From NCBI GenBank assembly GCA_041662585.1, contig JBAZSG010000005.1, forward strand, positions 68,181 through 132,180: a stretch of DNA of 64,000 bases, given 5' to 3'. The notes below the pieces were generated by a model. That model did no database searches and had not been told where the DNA came from. It saw only the letters and a list, made by a program, of their open reading frames with translations. Positions within the stretch are counted from its first letter, which is position 1; every line of letters starts with the position of its first letter. The DNA is from Patescibacteria group bacterium (GTDB lineage Bacteria > Patescibacteriota > Patescibacteriia > UBA1558 > GWA2-36-10). This document shows, in pieces, positions 19,012-27,293 of the stretch. Position numbers and translations under genes: made by a program.

Positions 19012-19758
19012 ATGGGAATTTTAGAAGCATTATTATTAGCTATAGTTCAAGGAGTCGCCGAATGGCTACCTATTTCAAGTTCTGGACACTTGGTTTTATT
19101 TGAGCATTTTTTAAATATCAAAGAAGCTAGTTTGTCTTTTGATATATTTTTACATTTAGCTTCTTTGGGAGTTATCTTTTTATTTTTTAAAAAAGAAATA
19201 ATAGAAATTATCAAGGCTCCTTTTAATTCTCAAAAACAGGAAAAAGAAAATTGGTGGTGGTATGTAGTAATATCTAGTATTTTTACAGCTATTATTGGTT
19301 ATTTTTTATACGAAAGGATAGATTCATTTCGTACGGTTTCTTCGGTGACCAACTGGTTGCTTATTAGTTCTTTGCTTCTTTTAGCTACCAAGTTTTCCAA
19401 AGGAGAAAAATCTTTAAATTGGAAACACGCTGTACTGTTGGGCATTATACAAGGTTTTGCAGTTTTACCAGGATTATCAAGGAGTGGAGCAGTAATAGCA
19501 TTGGCTTTGATATTAAAAATAAAAAAACAACAAGCCTTTGAGTATGGTTTTATAGTGGCTATTCCAGCTATGTTTGGTTCATTTTTATTGACGGTCAAAG
19601 ATTTTGTTTTTGAGCCAATTTATATATTTGCTTTTATACTTACTTTCATCATTGGTTATCTTTCTTTAAAAGTTTTAAATATCTTGATGAAGAGAGATTA
19701 TTTTTATATGTTTTTTGTTTATACTTTACTAATGTCCTTAATTATAAAATTAACCTAA
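19012..19758 (+). CDS. uppP: Undecaprenyl-diphosphatase
   Basis: N-terminus ILEALLLAIVQGVAEWLPISSSGHL is the UppP/BacA signature. Confidence 0.9.
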   Translation: MGILEALLLAIVQGVAEWLPISSSGHLVLFEHFLNIKEASLSFDIFLHLASLGVIFLFFKKEIIEIIKAPFNSQKQEKENWWWYVVISSIFTAIIGYFLYERIDSFRTVSSVTNWLLISSLLLLATKFSKGEKSLNWKHAVLLGIIQGFAVLPGLSRSGAVIALALILKIKKQQAFEYGFIVAIPAMFGSFLLTVKDFVFEPIYIFAFILTFIIGYLSLKVLNILMKRDYFYMFFVYTLLMSLIIKLT

Positions 19759-20808
19759 ATGATTTATCCAATAATATTATCCGGAGGAGTGGGCAAAAGA
19801 CTTTGGCCAGTATCTAGTCAAAGCAATCCCAAACAATTTCAAAAATTGTTTAATGATCAGAGCCTTTTACAAAATACCTATCAACGTATGATAAGTGGTT
19901 TTGCTAAAGATAATATTTTTGTAGTTAGTAATATTGATTCTTTGGGTAATATTAAATCACAAATTGATATCAAAGAAGCCAATCTAGTTTTAGAGCCAGA
20001 AAGAAAGGGGACGGCCATGGCCATTGGTATAGCAGCTATTAAGATATTTTCTATAGACCAAGATGCTGTTGTAGTCAATATCAATAGTGATTCTTATGTT
20101 AAAGAAGTAAATAAGTATTTGGCTATCATAAAACAAGCTGCCAAAGTAGCTGAGCAAGAAGAAAAGATGGTTTTGATAGGCGTAGAGCCTAGTTATCCAG
20201 AAATAGCCTATGGTTATATAGAAGCTGATCAGAAAATTGATAAAAATGTATTTGCAGTCAAATCTTTTAAGGAAAAGCCTGATAGAAAAACAGCTGAGCA
20301 ATATATCAAAGATAAGTTTTTGTGGAATCCTACTTTATTAGTTTTTCCAGCCAAAAAATTATTAGAATGGTATAAAGAATTTTTACCAGCCACCTATGAT
20401 GCTTTGATTAAAATAAAAGAATCAAATTTTAAAAAAGAAATAATTATTCAAGAATATAAAAATGTAGAAAATATATCTATTGATTATGGCTTACTTGAAA
20501 AAATGAATGGTATGTTGCTGATGCCGACTGATATTACTTGGTCAGATATTGGTAATTGGCGTAGTCTGAGAGATATTGTAGCCAAAAATAAAAAAGATAA
20601 TGTGTCCAATGTAAAAAACATTTCTATAGATAGTAAAAATAATTTATTTTATTCAAATAGCGATAAACTCATTGCTAGCATTGGAGTTGAAGATATGATT
20701 TTAGTAGAAACAGCTGATGTAATATTTTTGTGTCCAGCTGACAAAGCACAAGAAGTAAAGCTATTACTTGAAAAAATGAAAAAAGAAAATTTAGACAAAT
20801 ATTTATGA
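19759..20808 (+). CDS. Mannose-1-phosphate guanylyltransferase-like nucleotidyltransferase
   Basis: ILSGGVGKRLWPVS sugar-nucleotidyltransferase N-terminus; GDP-mannose pyrophosphorylase-like length. Confidence 0.75.
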   Translation: MIYPIILSGGVGKRLWPVSSQSNPKQFQKLFNDQSLLQNTYQRMISGFAKDNIFVVSNIDSLGNIKSQIDIKEANLVLEPERKGTAMAIGIAAIKIFSIDQDAVVVNINSDSYVKEVNKYLAIIKQAAKVAEQEEKMVLIGVEPSYPEIAYGYIEADQKIDKNVFAVKSFKEKPDRKTAEQYIKDKFLWNPTLLVFPAKKLLEWYKEFLPATYDALIKIKESNFKKEIIIQEYKNVENISIDYGLLEKMNGMLLMPTDITWSDIGNWRSLRDIVAKNKKDNVSNVKNISIDSKNNLFYSNSDKLIASIGVEDMILVETADVIFLCPADKAQEVKLLLEKMKKENLDKYL

Positions 20809-21797
20809 AAAAATTTATTATAAAATTAATTTTAACTTTTTCTTTTATAGTTTGTATTTGGTTTGTCATTTCAGTAGTCAGTGGTAATGGTTCAAATAGT
20901 AAAACTTTTGTAGTAAGAGATGGGCAAGGCGTCAATGCTATTAGTGAAGAGCTCTATGATGCCAATTTGATAAAAAATAAATTTGTTTTTGAGACTTGGT
21001 TGTGGTTCAAAAAATCAGAATCAAAAATTATAGCTGGTGTTTATGATGTGCCAGCCAATATCTCAATTTCTCATTTGAGAAATTTGTTTATTTTGGGTCC
21101 AGGACAATCTCAATATGCTGTTACTCTCATAGAAGGCTGGACTAGAGATTTGATGAGACAGACACTAGATGAAGCAGAAATTGATAGTGCTAGATTTATG
21201 TCGCTTAGTTCTCAAGCTAGTGATTGGCAGAAAGATTATGATTTTTTAGCTGATGTACCAAATGGAGCTAGTTTAGAGGGCTATATTTTCCCAGATACAT
21301 ATTTTGTTGATCAGTCTACTAGTGAAGAAGTTTTGATTAAGAAGACTTTAAACAATTTTGACAAAAAATTGACTCAAGATATTCGTGCTGAAATTAAAAA
21401 ACAAGACAAAACAATTTTTGAAGTCATTACCTTGGCTTCTATAGTAGAGCGGGAAGTACCAAATGCAGAAGACAAAAAAATGGTAGCCGATATATTTTTG
21501 AAAAGACTAGAAGCTGGCATTGGTTTACAATCTGATGCCACAGTAAATTATGTGACTGGCAAAGGTTTAGCACAGCCTACTTATGCTGATTTAGAAATAG
21601 ATTCACCATATAATACTTACAAATACAGAGGATTGCCACCAGGACCAATATCCAATCCTGGTATAGATAGTATCAAGGCTGTAGTTTATCCAACGGCCAA
21701 TGATTATTATTATTTTTTGACTACCAAAGATGGAGAGGTGATATATAGCAAAGATTATGATGAACATTTAGTCAATAAAGCCAAATATTTAGATTAG
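20805..21797 (+). CDS. mltG: Endolytic murein transglycosylase MltG (YceG family)
   Basis: N-terminal TM; LQSDATVNY and YNTYKYRGLPPGPISNPG motifs. Confidence 0.85.
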   Translation: MKKFIIKLILTFSFIVCIWFVISVVSGNGSNSKTFVVRDGQGVNAISEELYDANLIKNKFVFETWLWFKKSESKIIAGVYDVPANISISHLRNLFILGPGQSQYAVTLIEGWTRDLMRQTLDEAEIDSARFMSLSSQASDWQKDYDFLADVPNGASLEGYIFPDTYFVDQSTSEEVLIKKTLNNFDKKLTQDIRAEIKKQDKTIFEVITLASIVEREVPNAEDKKMVADIFLKRLEAGIGLQSDATVNYVTGKGLAQPTYADLEIDSPYNTYKYRGLPPGPISNPGIDSIKAVVYPTANDYYYFLTTKDGEVIYSKDYDEHLVNKAKYLD

Positions 21798-21829
21798 TTT
21801 TTATTTTTAGATATTTACTTTCTTGACAT

Positions 21830-21990
21830 TATTGTATTTTTACTATATAATAATCACATAATTTAAATATAAATGGCCGTAGACAGTGGGTTTCTAGCTA
21901 ATATTAGCCAAGAATTAAATATCCTACCGAGGTAGAAAAAACTAGTTTTTCAGCTGTCTGCGCTATTATACGCAGATTTTTTTAATAAAC
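21830..21990 (+). promoter_or_regulatory. Putative rplJ (L10) leader / autoregulatory 5'UTR
   Basis: ~200-nt non-coding gap before rplJ with GC-richer, structured-looking sequence (GGCCGTAGACAGTGGG .. CAGCTGTCTGCGCTATTATACGCAG). Position is analogous to known L10 leaders. Confidence 0.3.
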
Positions 21991-21996
21991 AAATAT

Positions 21997-22518
21997 ATGC
22001 CTAAAACTAAAGAACAAAAACAGGAAGCTTTAAAAGTGCTTCAAGAAAAATTAAAAGATAGTAAAGCAGTAGTTTTTTCTTCAGATACTGGGTCCAATGT
22101 CAAGGTAATAAACGAGCTTAGAAGAGAATTGAAAGCCAATAATGCCGAATACTTAGTAGTTAAAAAAACTATTCTTAAAAAAGCTATTAAAGATATGGGA
22201 GAGACAGATCAATTGGATGATTTGGCTGGTTCTGTAGCTTTGACACTTTCATATCATGATGAAGTATCTGGCGCCAAAATTTTGAATAAATATGCCAAAG
22301 GTAGTGAAGTTTTAAAACTTGGTGGTGGTATTTTGGAACATACTTTTATTGTTCCAGAAGTGGTTAAGAGATTAGCTACTTTGCCTTCTAGAGAAGAATT
22401 GCTAGCCAAATTATTAGGCTCTATCAATAGACCTCTCAGTGGCTTAGTCGGAGTATTATCTGGCACTACACGTAATTTTGTTGGAGTACTTAGTGCTATT
22501 AAAGACACAAAAAAATAA
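21997..22518 (+). CDS. rplJ: 50S ribosomal protein L10
   Basis: Sequence and size match L10; immediately upstream of rplL. Confidence 0.9.
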   Translation: MPKTKEQKQEALKVLQEKLKDSKAVVFSSDTGSNVKVINELRRELKANNAEYLVVKKTILKKAIKDMGETDQLDDLAGSVALTLSYHDEVSGAKILNKYAKGSEVLKLGGGILEHTFIVPEVVKRLATLPSREELLAKLLGSINRPLSGLVGVLSGTTRNFVGVLSAIKDTKK

Positions 22519-22560
22519 TTAATTAAATTTTATATAAAAAATTAAGAAAGGATAAAAAAT

Positions 22561-22962
22561 ATGTCAGAAGAAAAAAAAGACGTAACAGTTCCGGCAAAGT
22601 TTAAAAGCCTTGTTGAGGAAATTGAAAAAATGTCTGTGTTAGATCTTTCAGAATTAGTTTCTATTCTAGAAGATAAATTTGGTGTTAGTGCTGCTGCTCC
22701 AGTAGCTATGGTTGCTGCTCCAGCTGCTGCCGGTGAAGCCCCAGAAGAAAAAACTTCATTTAATGTTGAATTGACTTCAGCTGGTGCAAACAAAATTGCT
22801 AGTATCAAAGTTGTTCGTGAAATCACTCAACTTGGTCTTAAAGAAGCAAAAGACATGGTTGATGGAGCTCCAGTAAATGTCAAAGAAGGAGTTTCTAAAG
22901 AAGAAGCTGAAGAAATCAAGAAAAAGCTTGAAGAAGCTGGTGGAAGCGTAACTTTGAAATAA
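22561..22962 (+). CDS. rplL: 50S ribosomal protein L7/L12
   Basis: Ala/Pro-rich hinge and the conserved C-terminal domain [22 protein letters not shown]. Confidence 0.95.
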   Translation: MSEEKKDVTVPAKFKSLVEEIEKMSVLDLSELVSILEDKFGVSAAAPVAMVAAPAAAGEAPEEKTSFNVELTSAGANKIASIKVVREITQLGLKEAKDMVDGAPVNVKEGVSKEEAEEIKKKLEEAGGSVTLK

Positions 22963-22976
22963 TTTTAATATAAAAA

Positions 22977-23004
22977 ACACCTCTGTTAATGGGGTGTTTT
23001 TTTG
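22977..23004. terminator. Bidirectional rho-independent terminator
   Basis: ACACCTC-tgttaat-GGGGTGT stem followed by a T7 run, preceded by an A-run. Confidence 0.7.
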
Positions 23005-23020
23005 TTTGTTAAAAAATTTA

Positions 23021-25129
23021 TTAGTTGATAGCTAGAAGATATAGATGCTGATTGTTTAATAAATAAATAGCCTTTTCATCTGGATCTATAGCTAGATCTT
23101 TTAGATTATCAAATTTTTGACTAGTATACTGGTCTTTAATATTGCCTTGTTTGTCTAGTATTATTACACGATTGTTTGTTGGATCTATAATATATAGATA
23201 ATCAGAATCTCTAAATGTTTTGATGATGGCGCCATTGCCTATTGCTGGATGGGGTATTTTATACTCAAATTTTTCTAGAGAACCTTTGAGGAAATTTTTG
23301 ATTTTACCATCATTTTCTATCATATAAACACTACCATCAATAGTAAGACTAGAGCTTTGTGAGGTGTCTATTTCTTCTTTTAGCCAAGGCTGACCACCGG
23401 CAAAACCACCACCACTTTCGGGGTATTTGAATATTTGCTTATTTTGATTGTCCAATACATAAAGATTATTGCCATAAACTACTAGGTCTTTTACCGCAGT
23501 ATTGTTACTATTTTGCTTCAGATCACCAGTAATTTGTTTTTTTTCTAGATCAAAAATAATATAATTTATTTCATCACTAGCGTTTAAACTACTAAGTACG
23601 ATTTTATTTTTATCTGGCCAGTCAGTCATAGATTGTATTACTTGTCCACCAGCAAAATTGAATATTTCTTCTAATGTATCAGCTTGTATTTTGTACAATT
23701 TATTATCACCAAAAATATAAAATACACCATTTTTTTGTACAATATCTTGAGTATTTGTCAGATAAGTAGTCATATCAAATTTTTCCAAAGGAGATACTAC
23801 AATATTGATGTGGCGTATATCATTTATTTTGTAAAAAACAGTTTCAGCTAGTTTATCTATTTGTTTTTGTTGTTCAGGGGAGCTTGCTACCATAGACTTT
23901 ATCAAATCTTGAATTTCCAGCAGTATATTTTCAGCCGCTTGTTCGTCGTTGTAGATGAGTTTGGCATCTACTTCTTGGTATTTGGCATCTATAGCTATAA
24001 GAGTGTTATTAAAATCTTCATTTTTATTTTCATCAGCTTTTTCTTGAGTCAAAAATACCAGACTTTGTAAAAATACAAGGGCAATCACAAATAATCCGAT
24101 GATAGCAATTCTTTTTTTTGTACTTAGATGTTGCCACCAATGATATTTTTTATCAGTAATTTCTTTTATGCTATCGATAGTTTTTTCTTCTTTTCTTTTT
24201 CTAAAATTTGGAGAAAATAAAAATAAGAAAGAATATTTTATTTTTTGACCAATAAAAGCAAAGATAGAGGCAATGGTTTTAAAATATAAGCTTATTAGAG
24301 AAAAAATAGAACCAGTTTTTTTTATGACGCCTACATTTTTAAAGCCACTGATATCTACGACTGTTTTGGTGCGAGGCGTACTAGTATGGGATTGATTATG
24401 GTCAATAGCTATAATATCACTGATTTTCTCATCTTCTTGGTCAATAGATTTTTTGATATCTGCAGGAGCTATTTCTCTATCATTTACACCTGGTTTTTTG
24501 ATAATAATAGAATTAAAAGTAACAAAGTCAGGGACAGTTTCTAACAATTCATTTATTTTGATAGCCGCTGCCGAAGGAGAATAATGGTCGACTAGTTGTT
24601 TGGTTTTTTCTTTGGAAATATAATCAAATAAAGAATTGGTGGATATTATCAGAGCATCTCCATCGTCTAGTTCGCCACTTATAATATCAGAAAATATCTT
24701 ATTTGGATTGATATTATCATTTTTATCCATGATAGTAGTCAGCTGTTTACTGTGTATGAGTAGTCCATGGATATTACCAATCCCAGCCATAAAAACACTG
24801 TTATTGTGCATAATACCAACACTTAGGTCTATGGTATTGAGCCAGTTGTGTATTTTTAGGGAAGAGCTCATTTCTGGCAGTATTTGATTGATTTTTTGGA
24901 GTGTTTCTTCTAGCAAAATTTCAGGATTATCTTGATGGCTAGTATCAAAAAAAGTAGCAATTTCATTGATCAATTGGTCTACATAAGGCTGTTGATCTAT
25001 CTTTTGCTTTGGTACTTCAAATATAATAAATAAACGACCATGATTGGAGGAATCACTCATGTATACTTCAGAGAGCTCCCGAGCATTTAGATGGTCGTGA
25101 GTAAATATTTTATGATATTTTAAACCCAT
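23021..25129 (-). CDS. Membrane protein: N-terminal PP2C-like (possibly degenerate) phosphatase domain, single TM, extracytoplasmic beta-propeller-like repeats
   Basis: GRLFIIFEVP, AGIGNIHGLLIH and LDDGDALIISTNSLFDYI resemble PP2C motifs. TM is RIAIIGLFVIALVFLQSLVFL. The C-terminal half has repeated YxxDNxNxxI-type blades. Confidence 0.45.
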   Translation of the reverse strand: MGLKYHKIFTHDHLNARELSEVYMSDSSNHGRLFIIFEVPKQKIDQQPYVDQLINEIATFFDTSHQDNPEILLEETLQKINQILPEMSSSLKIHNWLNTIDLSVGIMHNNSVFMAGIGNIHGLLIHSKQLTTIMDKNDNINPNKIFSDIISGELDDGDALIISTNSLFDYISKEKTKQLVDHYSPSAAAIKINELLETVPDFVTFNSIIIKKPGVNDREIAPADIKKSIDQEDEKISDIIAIDHNQSHTSTPRTKTVVDISGFKNVGVIKKTGSIFSLISLYFKTIASIFAFIGQKIKYSFLFLFSPNFRKRKEEKTIDSIKEITDKKYHWWQHLSTKKRIAIIGLFVIALVFLQSLVFLTQEKADENKNEDFNNTLIAIDAKYQEVDAKLIYNDEQAAENILLEIQDLIKSMVASSPEQQKQIDKLAETVFYKINDIRHINIVVSPLEKFDMTTYLTNTQDIVQKNGVFYIFGDNKLYKIQADTLEEIFNFAGGQVIQSMTDWPDKNKIVLSSLNASDEINYIIFDLEKKQITGDLKQNSNNTAVKDLVVYGNNLYVLDNQNKQIFKYPESGGGFAGGQPWLKEEIDTSQSSSLTIDGSVYMIENDGKIKNFLKGSLEKFEYKIPHPAIGNGAIIKTFRDSDYLYIIDPTNNRVIILDKQGNIKDQYTSQKFDNLKDLAIDPDEKAIYLLNNQHLYLLAIN

Positions 25130-25203
25130 GATTTTACTTTTATAGTAATTAATATTATACTATATTTGAGTATTTTAGTAAATAAAATTCGCTCAAAAGC
25201 AAT

Positions 25204-25812
25204 ATGCTTGAACAAATTCTTTCTTCAGTTGCCAGAACCAAGATATTAAAGTTTTTTTGTGTCCATGCACAAGAGAAGTTTTTTGTTAGAGAATTGGCTA
25301 GATTGCTCAATGTACAGCTCAATTCTATCCGACGTGAGCTGGATAATCTAGAAAATTTTGGTTTTCTAAAATCTGAAGAAACCAATTCAAAAAAGTATTA
25401 TTATACCAATTTAGACTTTTCTTTATTTCCAGAAATTAAAAATCTTGTTTTCAAATCTTTGGCTCTAGAAGAAATGAATATTGCCAACAAGATGTCCAAA
25501 ATATCCGGTTTAAAGCTCTTGCTTTTTACGGGAGTACTTACTCAATCGGCAGCAGCTACAGATGTAGTGATAGTTGGTAATGTCAATAAAACAAAATTTG
25601 ATAAATATCTCAAGAAAATAGCTGATGGATTACCAGAAGATTTGCGTTATACTTTTTTACCACTCAAAGAATATTTATATAGATTAGATATTACAGATAA
25701 ATTTATTTATGATATTTGGGCCAATCCACATGTGATTGTGGTTGATAAAATATCAGCCGATATCACCCAAAAGAAACTAGAAGATTATCAATTTAAGCAT
25801 TTTAAAGAATAA
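25204..25812 (+). CDS. Putative winged-helix transcriptional regulator
   Basis: N-terminal HTH-like segment (KFFVRELARLLNVQLNSIRRELDNLENFGFL); 202 aa; divergent from 23021. Confidence 0.5.
   Translation: MLEQILSSVARTKILKFFCVHAQEKFFVRELARLLNVQLNSIRRELDNLENFGFLKSEETNSKKYYYTNLDFSLFPEIKNLVFKSLALEEMNIANKMSKISGLKLLLFTGVLTQSAAATDVVIVGNVNKTKFDKYLKKIADGLPEDLRYTFLPLKEYLYRLDITDKFIYDIWANPHVIVVDKISADITQKKLEDYQFKHFKE
25779..25809 (+). repeat. 31-bp direct repeat, copy 1 (3' end of the 25204 gene)
   Basis: AGAAGATTATCAATTTAAGCATTTTAAAGAA. Copy 2 at 26108 differs at one base. Confidence 0.85.
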
Positions 25813-25816
25813 TAAT

Positions 25817-26125
25817 ATGAGTAAAAGCAAATTGGGTATTTTATTAATGATTATTGGGACATTGTTTACTATTTTTTCATTTACTTTACGCTTACAAAAG
25901 TATATGTGTTGTGATTCTTTTGCCGGGGTAAAAATTGGCAGCGCCATAGATGTTTGGATAAATAATTACCAACAAAGGTATTCCGGAGCTTGTAATGTTT
26001 GTAATGACACTGGTGCCATACCCAATTATTATTACATTCCAATAGAATTTATATTTATAGGATTAATAATATTTTTTATCGGCTTTAGAATTTACTGGAA
26101 ACAAAAAAGAAGATTATCAGTTTAA
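25817..26125 (+). CDS. Small Cys-rich two-TM membrane protein
   Basis: 102 aa; two hydrophobic helices flank a loop with CC..C..C. Lies between the two 31-bp direct repeats. Confidence 0.5.
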   Translation: MSKSKLGILLMIIGTLFTIFSFTLRLQKYMCCDSFAGVKIGSAIDVWINNYQQRYSGACNVCNDTGAIPNYYYIPIEFIFIGLIIFFIGFRIYWKQKRRLSV

Positions 26126-26138
26126 GCATTTTAAAGAA
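26108..26138 (+). repeat. 31-bp direct repeat, copy 2
   Basis: AGAAGATTATCAGTTTAAGCATTTTAAAGAA; overlaps the 3' end of the small gene in a different frame. Confidence 0.85.
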
Positions 26139-26149
26139 GAAGATATTAA

Positions 26150-26578
26150 ATGATTTTGGTATTAAATATATTAAGTATAGAAAAAGGAACTTGGTTAGTT
26201 GTAAAAAATGACCAAATTCTTTTTTCTCATGATTTTAAAATAAATAGAGGAGAGGATAAAAGTCTTTTAGAGTTACAAAAACTATTACAGGATAACAAAT
26301 TAAAGCTAGAAAATTTTTCTGGCTTTATACTACTAGTCAAAGATGCTAGTATGACGCAAGTAAAAATATTTACTATAACGGCCAATACTTTGGCTTGGCA
26401 ATTTGATTGGCCAATATTGGCAGACTATTATTTTAAAGAAGACAATGAAAAGATCTTGATCAAAATTTTAAAAAAATTAGCTAAAATAAAAAAATTTAAA
26501 GCTGTAATTCCAAAATATAGTCGAAAGGTTGATATTTCTATTTCTAAAAAACAAAGTAAGTATAAAATAAGTAAATAA
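26150..26578 (+). CDS. TsaB/YeaZ-like protein (short)
   Basis: ILVLNILSIEKGTW..RGEDKSLLELQKLL..FSGFILLVKDASMTQVKI resembles the TsaB N-terminal ASKHA half. 142 aa, truncated relative to canonical TsaB. Confidence 0.45.
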   Translation: MILVLNILSIEKGTWLVVKNDQILFSHDFKINRGEDKSLLELQKLLQDNKLKLENFSGFILLVKDASMTQVKIFTITANTLAWQFDWPILADYYFKEDNEKILIKILKKLAKIKKFKAVIPKYSRKVDISISKKQSKYKISK

Positions 26579-26590
26579 ATAATAGTACAA

Positions 26591-26660
26591 TTTGCTCTTA
26601 GTATAAGCTATTGCTAACGACTTTCGTCTAATCGCTCTTAGCTTATACTATTCGCAAACA
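26591..26660 (+). ncRNA. Structured intergenic repeat element, copy A (family I)
   Basis: Perfect 12-bp inverted repeat TAGTATAAGCTA / TAGCTTATACTA enclosing an inner GAC-TTTC-GTC hairpin. Homologous copy at 48868 has compensatory changes in both stems. Confidence 0.55.
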
Positions 26661-26682
26661 AAGTACTTATATTAATAATAAA

Positions 26683-26716
26683 ACACTACTTGAAAGCAAG
26701 TGGTGTTTTATGTTTT
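26683..26716 (+). terminator. Rho-independent terminator
   Basis: ACACTACTTG-aaag-CAAGTGGTGT (one G-U) followed by TTTTATGTTTT. Confidence 0.65.
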
Positions 26717-26758
26717 AGTTATCCACATATTTGTGCACAACTAAGGTCTTTACTGATG

Positions 26759-26788
26759 TTGACGTTTTGGCTAACGGTGGGGTATAAT
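26759..26788 (+). promoter_or_regulatory. Sigma70-type promoter of the dcw operon (TTGACG-18-TATAAT)
   Basis: -35 TTGACG at 26759-64 and -10 TATAAT at 26783-88. Flanked by inverted TTATCCACA 9-mers (26719-27 and 26840-48). GTGGA/GTGGG repeats 10 bp apart downstream (26808, 26818). Confidence 0.6.
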
Positions 26789-26859
26789 GTATTTAAGTTC
26801 CACAAGAGTGGAGAAAAGTGGGGGATTTATAAAAATAACTGTGGATAAGTATTCTATAT

Positions 26860-27291
26860 ATGTTTATTGGCGAATATAAATATAATCTAGATGATAAGAA
26901 CCGTTTAGCTTTACCTAGTAAATTTAGGAAGCTTTTTACGTCTGGAGCAGTTATTACCAAAGGACTAGATAATTGTTTGTTTATTTATACTGATAAAGAA
27001 TGGAAAAAGTTAGCTGACAAATTGGCCAATTTGCCATTTTCTCAAGCCAAGTCTCGTGCTTTTTCTCGTATGATGCTCGCTGGAGCAATGGATGTTACTT
27101 TAGACAAACAAGGAAGAATTATTTTACCAGATTATCTCAAAGATTTTGGTGGCTTAAACAAAAAAGTAGTTGTAGCTGGTTTATACAATCGTCTTGAAGT
27201 TTGGGATGAAAAGATGTGGTCAAAATATCAACGTACATCTGAAAAAGATTCCAATGAAATTGCTGAAGGTTTAGTAGATTTAGGAATTTAA
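26860..27291 (+). CDS. mraZ: Transcriptional regulator MraZ
   Basis: MFIGEYKYNLDDKNRLALPSKFRK.. duplicated MraZ fold; first gene of the dcw cluster. Confidence 0.9.
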   Translation: MFIGEYKYNLDDKNRLALPSKFRKLFTSGAVITKGLDNCLFIYTDKEWKKLADKLANLPFSQAKSRAFSRMMLAGAMDVTLDKQGRIILPDYLKDFGGLNKKVVVAGLYNRLEVWDEKMWSKYQRTSEKDSNEIAEGLVDLGI

Positions 27292-27293
27292 TC

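Noticed and set aside
26719-26849. Chromosomal replication origin (oriC) at the inverted DnaA boxes.
   Set aside because: Only two boxes, no adjacent dnaA/dnaN, no obvious AT-rich unwinding element with 13-mer repeats. Better explained as promoter-proximal regulatory sites.
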